From positions 1 to 64,000 of the forward strand of contig NIVC01002524.1 in the NCBI GenBank assembly GCA_002269645.1: a stretch of DNA of 64,000 bases. The letters are read 5' to 3'. The notes below the pieces were generated by a model. It saw only the letters and a program-made list of their open reading frames with translations, made no database searches and was not told where the DNA came from. Positions 11,005-21,416 of this stretch are shown piece after piece. Origin of the DNA: Macrostomum lignano (lineage: Eukaryota). The position numbers and the translations under genes are program-made. How positions within the stretch are numbered: the stretch's first letter is position 1; every line of letters begins with the position of its first letter.

Positions 11005-11930
11005 CTTGATTTGCACGAAATAATGACACTAGCACTATACTTAAGCTACCAACAAACAAGCCAAAAATAAATTGATTTGATCTCAGCCGACTCACCCAAG
11101 ATGCCGAAGTTCGACTCTGGAGCGGCAGCAAGTAGAGCGGGGGCGGAGATGTGTATCGGGTCAAAGATTCGCAGCCGAGCGGCCGGTTGCTGCAGCAGAA
11201 ATCCTATCTGGGACGGGTGGCGGGGAGAATAATGAGATGAGGAAACGACTCAACTGAGTTATAGGCGAGTTGCCATGGGGCCCAGCTCAGGCTGAATGAG
11301 CAAATCCGATATGGGCAGGAGGCGGGCAAGGGCCGGGGCGCAGGTTAATGAGCGGACAAAAGGCTGGGTGGAAATGGCCTATCAATCACGCGGGACCAGT
11401 TGCCCCCCCCCCTGTTCCGCCTCCTTCTCTTTCTCTACCTGACTCGGGCGGCCGGCCTTGCGTCAACACGCCGAGGATGGCCGCTTGGTTGAGCGGCGAA
11501 GAGAGAAGCAGCCCAATACGATGACGTCTGAGATGGCAGGAGGGCAAACGCTGATTGTGCAGGGGCCGCCGTATTGCAGTTGGAGGTTAAGCTGCAGTTT
11601 TTTTAATAGGGGGATTCTGTAGTTCAAGGGAAACCAAGGGGAGGAGAAATATCCCAAAGTGGAATGGAGGAGTAGAGCGGGATGAGGGATCGGGCGATGC
11701 CTGCTCACGATTTCAACCGGAATTGGCAGTGCGGCGCCGACTGGGAGGCGATCCGAGAGGCTGAACAAAAAAGCTTGGTCGGAGTTTGAAGTCAGGCCCT
11801 GCTGGCTTGGGCAGAGGCCTGCAAGACGACTGGGCAGCTGGATTAAACACTGCCAGCCAATCAGAGCGCTGCCAGGCTGGTATTGGTCTCTCGCCTCAGT
11901 TTCTGTGGCGCTGGCGGCGAATGGCCTGCC

Positions 11931-12298
11931 TGCCTGTCTGCCTCAGTGTCTGCCTCAATGCCTGCCTCAGTGTCTGCCTCAGTGTCTGCCTGAGTGTCTG
12001 CCTTAGTGTCTGCCTGAGTGTCTGCCTGAGTGTCTGCCTGAGTGTCTGCCTCAGTCTGTCTGAGTGTCTGTCTCAGTATCTGCCTGAGTATCTGCCTTAG
12101 TGTCTGCCTCAGTGTCTGCCTGAGTGTCTGCCTTAGTGTCTGCCTGAGTGTCTGCCTGAGTGTCTGCCTCAGTCTGTCTGAGTGTCTGTCTCAGTATCTG
12201 CCTGAGTGTCTGAATCAGTGTCTGCCTCAATGTCTGTCTAAGTATCTGTCTCAGTGTCTGCCTCAGTGTCTGCCTGAGTGTCTGCCTGAGTGTCTGCC
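11931..12298 (+). repeat. 12-bp minisatellite (TGTCTGCCTSAG)
   Basis: Direct tandem copies with a duplicated variant block. Confidence 0.95.
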
Positions 12299-14659
12299 GA
12301 GTCAGCGGAATGAGCAGAATTACATCTGCGCGTATGGGACGATGGGACGTTTATGGGACTATGTCGCCGAAGGCGTTGCAACCAGGGTGGCCACAGCCTA
12401 CTTGCAGATAGGTACGTGTTCAGTGTATGTCAAAAATAGAATTTTGCAGTCCCTACGTGAAAGCCACCAATACGATTGTACGCAGCATTCGGTCGTCATA
12501 GACTTTAGGCAGGCGATTTCGCAGCCGCATCTTCACGCTGCTCCACCTTCCGAGCTTCTCTGTCTCGGTCTTCGGGATGCGATAAAAGTCAAATATTTGC
12601 CAAATTGGATGCCAATCCCGCGAAATTTTTCTTTCCCAATTTGCAAAGTCAACTTCATCAAAAACTAAGGGAAAAGGAGACTGGGGGAGGATCCCGCGCG
12701 AGGGAGTAAACAGAGAAGAGGAGGGAGGACCCGCGGTCTGGCCGGCAACGAGAGCGCAAGTTCAAACAAGCTTCATTGGACGGGAGGGAGAAGGTAAGGA
12801 CCCGAGCTTCTCGGAGATCCATTCGAGTCCGGTTTTGCTGAATTTTAGCTTCGATTTCTTTCTGTCACCTTCTGTCCTCAACGGACTGTTGCCCATTTTC
12901 CTTGAGCCTTCATTTTAAGGGACCATTTATCAGTCCTGACAAGTTAAAAAAGTTCCTGATAAATTTGAGCATTACGATATACTCGTAAAATCAGAGCTAC
13001 CAATGTTAGTTCCCGTCTGACTGTCTTCTAAATGTTGATGACTCAAAGTGGTATTATATAATTGCCTCATTGTAAACACGATTCAAGAACACGGGCTAAC
13101 TTTTTGTTGCGCACCTTCTCAAACAAGAATCAAGTCGCCAGCCCTCCGGACCGTTGAGATATTCGACGATTCTGCCAGAAGGTCGGATTTTTTCCTTAAG
13201 CGCCAGTGTGTTCAATGTAACACTGTGCGCCAATCAGCCCTGCGCCTCAGTGCAGCCTTGCCAAGCCTCCAAATTTCATCGACCACGTGTGTCTGCTTTA
13301 GCTCTGACTTCGTTAGTAACTGGTCTGCACCCAGGCGGAGCTTCTGGACCTTCAACAGGTGGTACCAGGTCACTATGGACATGCTGATGCAACTTTCTCA
13401 AGTTTCACTGATCAAGCCTCGACTGCTGGACATACTCAGCAAGTCTCTCAAGCATTCAGTCACCCCCTCTTTCATTCTTTCTCTCGCAACCTTGCTGAGG
13501 CAAAAATGTCTATGGCACAAAGCTCAAATGCCCATGTTTTAAGGGTGTAAATGAGAAATCAGAGGGCCGGGCGTAGCCAAGCATGCTGAGAAATTTCAGC
13601 CCTTAATCGATTAGCCGTGGTACAAGATGTGTTAGTTAGCTCAGTAGTCAACGTGTCTCTCGTTGTCGCTCTGTACTAATACTAATATTCAAGTACATAG
13701 TGTTGAGCAAATTCGATGGTTCTGTCGTGCTCTGTTTATTATTTATTGATAGGGGAATTCTATCCACTAAACAGTTACGACTCTGTTTCTCGGTTATTTA
13801 TAGATCAATAGGAACTTCCATAAATTTGCATCCAGCTTAATGAATTTGGCATTTTAAAGTTTTACTCTTAACTGGTGCAAGGATGGATGCAAACTACTCG
13901 TAATTGCAAATAACTGTTGCATTATGATAACGTTGAATCTGCCAGTCAGAATACAGAATATTTAAATTTGTCTGCTTTCACGCTAATACTCGTACGATAG
14001 CTAAATATGGATAGAGAGAGACTATAACGCTTGCTCTGTTGCACCCGCTGTGCCATGTTTGGAGGGAAGAAGTCTGCGCGAAAATCAGAGTAGCAGACAG
14101 GAGTTATGATTGCATACAGGGATTCAGAGCAGAAGAGCAACTTTGCTGACACCAGGAATCGGTAATGGATGACTTTGTACGAGAGCGAGAATTGTGGAAT
14201 TAATCTGGAAAATGGTTTGCTCTTGATATCACCCTCTCACTCACTCTGTCCCTTCGCCGACTCGGTGCTTTTGAACCGAAAAATGTTCTATTGGGGGCTG
14301 TAAAACATAATTCCAAAGATTGCAGGATGCAGTGGGGAGTCTGCCAGAGAGATATTGGCTAATAAAATGATCATGAAAAAGGCCGAGAGGACGAGGCGCC
14401 GACTAACTTTCAATTCTCTCTTTCTACCAACCGCGTTAGTACTCTTACAAGAATGGATCGTAAATTGTCAGCTTTCGTCTAAGCTACATCCCGCGCACCG
14501 CTCGCAGGAGATAGGGATCGGTATCGACAGGCCATTTACTAAGAGAACAGGCGTCAGCAGAGAGTACACTGAGCTATGCACGCAGATTTTTTTCTGACAC
14601 TCGCAACAACAACAACAACAACAACAACAAAATCGCTGTCAGGATGGCAAAAGTCAGCG

Positions 14660-14856
14660 TCACAGGGCGCGCTTCATGGCTTGGGCGCGAACAAAGGCCG
14701 CGCCACCGGCAGTGTCCGGGGCGCCGGCGTCAGCCAGCAGACAGTCGACGTAACGCCGAGTTCGCGCTTGACCTCGCCGGTAGGGTGCCTGCAGCGTGAG
14801 CAGCAGCACCTCCTGCACCGGCTGTGGGCAGTACGACTCGGCGCGGATGAGATGGC
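14660..14856 (-). CDS. Candidate terminal coding exon of an unidentified gene (HLIRAESYCPQPVQEVLLLTLQAPYRRGQARTRRYVDCLLADAG...AMKRAL*)
   Basis: Acceptor ctttgcgcag at 14857; open frame with strong GC3 bias like the real exons here; stop TGA at 14662-14660. Upstream exons not identified. Confidence 0.45.
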
Positions 14857-15364
14857 CTGCGCAAAGTCAGTCGCAAAGTCAAGTCGCTAAAAGAATAGAT
14901 GGGCGATCAGTCAACCGGCCAAGCCACTCTGAGTCTACAGAACTGCAGAACTTGCACTGCTCGCCACTGTCAGTGTGCCTATATGCGTTACATTCTGGCA
15001 GCACACAATGAGGCTTAACAACGCAAATTGCCGCATCTCCTCCGCTTGATGATGGCCGAGAAAAAATCGCATTATCTGGTCAGCCTTTTTTGGCCCCGGT
15101 GGTACACTGAAACAAAGTAAACTTGGTCTTAGTAAAGCTAACTTGTAGGTTTGTGTAGCTCCCAGTGATCTCTGCTGTTCTGTCGTGAGTAAGTTCAACG
15201 GTTGCTTTTGCTTGCGAGCGCACGAAATGTTTCGATTGCAGGCACGCTTCATACGAAAGTGGAGAAGTCGCTGCAAAGAGCTTCTCTTACAGACAAAGTT
15301 TTCTGGGCAAATTTAATTTCATCAGCAGTGCAGAGAGTTTCCAACGACCACTACAAATCACTTA

Positions 15365-15615
15365 GTCTGGGGGTCGGAAAACTCCCCGGAGTTTGTGGGC
15401 TATCAGCCACATGCGGCCTGCCAGGCCTCCCTATCCGGCCCTCGGGTCCTTCGAAACTTCACAATAGCAATCCCAAGGTTCGTGTCTCTTCTCAGCTCTC
15501 TTCTTTCTTCTCTCTTCTCTTCCCTGCTCTCTCTCCTCTTGTTCGTCTCACTCTCTCTCCCTCTTCTCTACTCTCTTCTCTTATCTCCTCTCCCCTTCTA
15601 TTCCCTCTCCTAGCT
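15365..15615 (+). mobile_element. hAT/Charlie-like non-autonomous element left end followed by CT-rich tract (copy 2)
   Basis: Homologous to 3230-3470 (GCCACATGCGGCC...CGGGTCCTTCGAAACTTCACAATAGCAATCCCAAGGTTCGTGTCTCTTCTC). Confidence 0.6.
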
Positions 15616-16094
15616 GGGTTAGTCAAGCAAGGTTAGTTAATCAGGTTAGTCAAGCATGAGAACTAAAGTGGAAGGGCGCCGAACTCACAAGTCTTGCAAA
15701 TTTTGCCGGTTTTCACTGCAAAATTGAAACTAATTCACAATACCTCAAATTCTGAACTTCCAAATTGCAAATCAAGCAAGTGTGTCAAGCCATTTTTTAT
15801 GATTTATTACCGGAGACAAGCAGGCCAACAAAATTCTGGCGAAATTTTTACTGTTCCTGCCTCTTTAGTGCATTTTAGATGGACTTTCTATACCGATTTT
15901 GTCTATGGCAAAATCCCCATTTTGCGTTGTGCAATATACGAGTCTAAAACGAGTAAACGAGTACGAGTAAAGTGTACTATCAAATCACGAGAATATTAGC
16001 AGATGGAGGCGGGTCTCTATACGAGTTAATCGTCCTATCCTCAGAGGCGCAACTGCCAGTACTACTGGCCGTACTACTGGAACTGTACCTAGCC

Positions 16095-16587
16095 CAGGGG
16101 CGTAGCCAGGAATTTTGATTGGGGGGGGGCCGTGAGTTAGGGGGCGCCAGCTTCTTATAGGGGGGCGCCAGTTTCTTTTAGGGGGGGGGGCGCCAGTTTC
16201 TTATAGGGGGGGCGCCAGTTTCTTTTAGGGGGGGGCGCCAGTTTCTTTTAGGGGGGGCGCCAGTTTCTTTTAGGGGGGGGCGCCAGTTTCTTTTAGGGGG
16301 GGCGCCAGTTTCTTATAGGGGGGGGGCGCCAGTTTCTTATAGGGGGGGGGCGCCAGTTTCTTTTAGGGGGGGCGCCAGTTTCTTTTAGGGGGGGCGCCAG
16401 TTTCTTTTAGGGGGGGGGGCGCCAGTTTCTTTTAGGGGGGGGGGCGCCAGTTTCTTATAGGGGGGGGGGCGCCAGTTTCTTATAGGGGGGGGGCGCCAGT
16501 TTCTTTTAGGGGGGGGGGCGCCAAGGCCAGAGTTGGTTGATTGGGGGGGCCACGGCCCCCCTTGCCCCCCCTCTGGCTACGCCCCTG
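16095..16587. mobile_element. MITE with 15-bp perfect TIR CAGGGGCGTAGCCAG and internal G-run minisatellite
   Basis: TIR at 16095-16109 and CTGGCTACGCCCCTG at 16573-16587. Flanks share CCTAGCC (left immediately adjacent, right after AGT). Interior 16140-16522 is (G6-10 CGCCAGTTTCTTWTA)n. Confidence 0.85.
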
Positions 16588-17484
16588 AGTCCTAGCCACC
16601 TTCGATAAGTAAATATATCGCACTCGTTACACAGTCAATTCCTCCCGAGGATTAGGGTGGATCCAAATCCAAATCCAAAAAGCTGGTTAAGCGAGCAAGA
16701 CAGAAAAAAGCACAAATTAAAAATGTAAGCCAAATTTATTTCCATACTTGACTTTTCTTCTTGACATGACGCGCAATTGTGGGCCGGTCTTCAAATTGTT
16801 TTAGCTATTCCTGCTGTAATTGAAATGAATTGTGCAGCATTGGAACATCGCAAAAAACTTCAAGGTGAGGCAGCACCAGCTTCTTTGGCTCTTGGGTCTC
16901 TTGCTTTTTTTATGCGGAATGAACTCACAAAACACCGACTAACTGCTGTATGCGCAGTTGCACTAATCTCAAAGTATTCCCATTTTGCAGCTATGTTTCT
17001 TGATCTCCCAGCGGTTTGTCGTTAGCTTTGATTCCACTTAATAACTGTCGTACGGCATAGTTCTTCATCTACAGCAAAGCATGGAACGCTAGCTGATGTT
17101 TTACGAGCTAGATTCAATTTATCCACCCTACCAAAATTCCATGATTGCATGCAGTCTTGCCGGTCAAACTAGATGGAGATTTCTAACGAAAAATATTCAA
17201 TGTCATTCTAACTTAATGATGACGGATTGTGCTTTCGTTCAAAAGCAAGGTAAGAAGGTATTCGTTGCTGCTTGATTTTATTCAGACCAATAATTGGATG
17301 AATAACGGCCGATAACACGCCTGACTCTCGAGCCAGTCACCTCGGGCTCGATTCCGATAGCAATCGTATACGAAAATTTCCTTGCGGTTACGCCAATGAA
17401 AACCAACTCTTAAGCTCAAAGTTGTACAATGACAAGAAATTTAGAAGTCAGGATCATTTCAAATCATGCGAGTGTTTAACTAAC

Positions 17485-18120
17485 TTGGCTTGGCTTAGGG
17501 CATCGACGGGCAGATGCAGCGAGGAGGCGTAGGAGACTGTCCATTCCGCTAGCCCCTGGCTGGCGACCAATGACTTCCGTTGAAGTGGTGTCGCTCAGGG
17601 GACCCGTCGGTTTTGCCTGCGGTCCTCCTCTCCAGCGGTGGGGAAGAGCTCAGCTCGTCCCGCGTCCCCGAGGTTACCGGGCGAGCAGCGGTATGCTCTC
17701 GGGCTTGAAAATAAATGAGAGAGTCTGGCTCTTGTGAAAGCTGGGCCGTGGAAGATAAAGTGCTCAGTGCTTTCACTGCCTGAGCGACAGAAGGGGCACC
17801 GCGCCTCAGGTACCTGGCTCTAAGATTCCTGCTGTTGAGCCTAAGGAGGGCTCTACGCAGGAGGGGGGCAGGCCAGGGACGGCAGCACGGCATTGCCTGC
17901 AATTCCAAGTCTCGTGCCACTTGAGGAGATTTTCAAAGTGAGCCCAGCGCCCCTAGGCCCGGCCTCAGCAGCCCGCCGGTGGAGCCAGCCTTGACCAGCA
18001 GGTCAGCGCACTCGTTGCTGAGGAAACCAGCGTGGCCCGGGGTGCTCCATTTAAGTGTTTACCTGAGTACGCGTTGTTGGTCTTGTGTGCTCAGGGATCA
18101 GTGCGATTGGCACAACTGCC
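17485..18120 (-). mobile_element. Decayed 3' end of an RNase H-bearing non-LTR retrotransposon (I/R1/Loa-like)
   Basis: Minus strand LKWSTPGHAGFLSNECADLLVKAGS matches the RNase H WVPGH.G..GNE.AD.LAK motif. RCPFCRSGSESTEHFIFHGPAFTRAR matches the C-terminal CCHC knuckle. Frameshifts present; short AAGCC tail at ~17490. Confidence 0.8.
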
Positions 18121-19710
18121 ACCCTGCACCGTATATATATGCGGCTCGACAATCATCGGCAGCACCCAAAGACCGATGCGAACCAACTGCCAACGGAATG
18201 ACGATCGAAACCAAGTGTGTACATGCTTAGCATCATCTCAGAATGTCACATTTAACGGTTATAAAAGATCGCCTATTGAGGCTGCAAGAAATCTCTTTTA
18301 ATGTATGCAACTCTTCGAACACCTGTGTCCCCACAGCTGAGGTTCTGACTCAACAGTAAAAGTTCAGCTGACGAAAATTAAGAGCTTTGAAACCGGCCCT
18401 TGAGTTCGAACCTCTATTTGTGACTAGCATATACTCGTAGAAGCTCACAGCGATCCTGCAGATTTAATTTGGATAGCAAATCCATAATGCTAAACCAAAC
18501 ACTATTTACTTAGTTTAGAATTCAGGGGGTTGTTTCATCAACTTTGTCCTAAGACTGACTTTTAAGTCCAACTTAAGCTCGAAATAAGGACTCAGTCATA
18601 ATTGTGCTCTATAAACATTTATGACTGATTTCTAACTTCCATCCTAGCTAAGATCGAGCTTATGCTCTACGGGAAGAGCTGGTGGAAAGCTGGTGAAGAA
18701 ACTTTCTGTCCAGTAAGCCTTGTGAGTGTCTAGATAATGTGTCCATGGTCATCTATACGCTCGTAGTAGTCAGTAGCTACATTATGAATATCAGTTTCTT
18801 TATCATCTATACTCGATGTCACTCGACTTGGGACAGCTCTCGGTGCGTCTTAAAGTTAGAATCGAAGTTGAGGGTTTCAGCCATAGAATGCTTCTCTATA
18901 GAAAAGTACCCCAACCATATTTTCAATAGTAAGTACATTAACACCCTTAAAGCATGGGTATTAATGTACTATTAACTGCCCGCTAATTTGCATTAAAGTA
19001 AGTTGAAAGCATTAAAGTCCTGCAAGCGGGCTTAAATGTAGTCTGTGGCATTAAAAGGCAAGAATAAGTGCCCAGCGGGCACAAATGTCATGGTACAATC
19101 TTACTTTAGGTCGCACATAATTTGGTTCCCAAGGTTCACTTTTTTCTTTATAAAACACATATCACTCCGAAAGTTTATGCCTCAGTTGGATCTTAAGCTT
19201 AAACTTAGCTAGCCTTATAAAACAGCTATAATATTCCCCTTAAAACTGATATTTTTTAAATATACATGTAGTCGAACGGTTGATACTACTAAATGGCATA
19301 GACTGCTAATGTTAAACAAATAGCAAATAATTGAAAGCGCAATAAAAACCAAGGCTTTAAGTAAAGATACTGGGATTTAATCCGTGTGCATTGCAGTTCG
19401 AAGAGCCCCGCTGGAAATAAACAAATTGCAGTGCGTCGGCACTTTCAATGCTGCTTCGAGTTATTTTGCTTCCGAATTTTGCGCTCGAGGCGTAGTACAG
19501 TGCCTCCAGTGGGTAATAATACAAGACTTGTGTCGTTCAGAACGTGTTTATACGCAAAAACGGACTTTAATGTAAATATAAGCTACAATATAATTGTAGA
19601 AATTAAGGTGCGTGTTGAGAAAAACATGGTAGTAGAATTTAGCTGCTTCTCGTGGTGTTTGCTTTTTGTTATAACTGCATCATTTTTTAAAATCAGCAAA
19701 ATCCACATTT

Positions 19711-20046
19711 TCAAGCCGTGGAACTTTGGAATTCTCCGCGACTTTCTAACGGCTGGTACCACAACAGCAGGCGGTTCCTTGTGCTCTCCGCTAGGCGACG
19801 GGGCAGAATCGGAATTGGGCCACGAATTTCTGACGGGTCAATTGACTCCATATAGCATTTGGACTTTTCGAATGCCTTGAATAGACGCCTAAAGACTGAC
19901 CGGCGGCCGTAGACGCTCTTCATTGGCTCTGCTAGGCGGTACCGATCCGACGGGGCGATGCGGTCCTGGAAGGAATTAAAGCCAGGTATGGCTATTGCCA
20001 AACACTCGAACGGGCTGGGGTCAAATATGATCATGCAGTATTGAAA
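19711..20046 (-). CDS. Orphan gene exon 3 / terminal exon (FQYCMIIFDPSPFECLAIAIPG...QSSTA*)
   Basis: Acceptor aaaatcag at 20047, phase 0, open to TGA at 19713-19711; ATTAAA ~140 nt downstream. Spliced product is 340 aa. Confidence 0.55.
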   Translation of the reverse strand, partial: FQYCMIIFDPSPFECLAIAIPGFNSFQDRIAPSDRYRLAEPMKSVYGRRSVFRRLFKAFEKSKCYMESIDPSEIRGPIPILPRRLAESTRNRLLLWYQPLESRGEFQSSTA

Positions 20047-20383
20047 CTGATTTTAACCTTGAGAAATTTCGCAAGCAGTGTAAGCTGCTGCTGGATATTG
20101 ACAGCCCTTTCGTTTGGCTATAGCCAATTTTAAGCCTCACTAATCCGTGCACCTTCGCATAGGGCACAAACCGATTCATTTTGGGGAATTTTTTCTGCAG
20201 GGAATCGTTGAAAACAATTCCAAGACCAAAGATTAGAGAGCGGTCGTGACGAAGTAATCAACATCCAGAATATAGAGAACCAGGAAAACCGCTTCTGCTG
20301 GGCTTGATCTAAATTCTCATGCTTGAAGTCTGGAGCAATTGACAGTCGAAACAGTTTAACCCAACTGCAAACAAAAATCTTAC

Positions 20384-21039
20384 CATAGTTGGCCACTTCA
20401 TCACCTCGACCGCCTGCATGCGGCCCTTGGTGAAAATATAGCGAATCTTATTGGGTCCAGATGTGTCAATCTTGCTGTTTTTCGGTGCCGGCTGTTGAGC
20501 AAGAGAGTCACAGCTATCTGAATTCGAGTCCAGTGTTGATGTCTTTACTATGTTTTCCACAGAGTTCGAATTTATTGGGGCACCTGGCGACTGCTCATAT
20601 CCAGAAGCTTTCGATCTTAATCGATTATTGTGCCTAGCATCAGCAGCCTCCTCGTGAACGGTGGTCAAAGGCGGCGAACTTGATCTGCGTCGAGTGCTGC
20701 CCAGCAGACGAGGTCGAAGTCGCTGTAATCGACGAATCGATCGTTTGCGATGCGAGCGTTTACTAGCAGCAGCTTCGGTCGGTGATGATCCACACGAGAC
20801 GATCTGCATTGTTGTTGTCACGGCAGCCTGCTTCCTGTCCCGGCTAGCTAAACCCTTATAGAAGCGCAGGCACTCAGTATTATCATCCGGTAGAAGACTA
20901 TTATCGACTTCTTGGCTTTGCTGTATACGGAGCTGTTGCTGCAGCTGCAAATGTTGCAGCGAATTCAGTGACTGCCGCAACTGATTTAAAGACCGTTTCG
21001 ATCGACGTTGCTGGATTGAGATTGGCCGGATATCGTCAT
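20384..21039 (-). CDS. Orphan gene exon 2 (basic/Ser-rich, ends KIRYIFTKGRMQAVEVMKWPTM)
   Basis: Acceptor ctcttcgtctatttag at 21040; 218 open codons; donor GTAAGA at 20383, phase 0. Confidence 0.65.
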
Positions 21040-21145
21040 CTAAATAGACGAAGAGATTTTATTCATAGTTAGTTACTTGATTATCTACTTTTAAAATTTT
21101 TTAATGGTAAAAAATGTATAGAAATAATTAGAGACAAACTCTTAC

Positions 21146-21176
21146 CATATGCACTGGGGCTGGATTGGCGTATCAT
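21146..21176 (-). CDS. Orphan gene exon 1 (MIRQSSPSAY)
   Basis: ATG at 21176; donor GTAAGA at 21145; phase 1 joins exon 2 (G+AT = Asp). Confidence 0.55.
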
Positions 21177-21416
21177 TATTTATTCGGTCAGAATGTATTT
21201 TTAACTGGCGGCCCAAATATCCAGCAAGTTTTAAAATCGAAATTAGGACAAAACACTGAAAAAAGTGAGAAGAAATTAGCATCGATCAATAATTATAAAC
21301 GTATTTTTATCGACAATTAAACCATAGACAGAAATTCCGTTTGACTGTTAATGTTAATAAATCATCATTCACCCTTCATTCTCGTTTAGTGTATCCTTCG
21401 TTTGTTGCACGAATAA

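Noticed and set aside
13048-13542. 164-aa ORF with GTG start
   Set aside because: No recognisable motif, no convincing exon boundaries, no codon bias like the real exons.
14970-15106. Exon-like frame VPPGPKKADQIMRFFLGHHQAEEMRQF upstream of the 14856 exon
   Set aside because: Good acceptor but no phase-compatible GT donor found.
20130-20396. ORF as an extra exon of the orphan gene
   Set aside because: Its frame is out of phase with the phase-0 donor at 20383; the acceptor at 20047 gives the consistent model.
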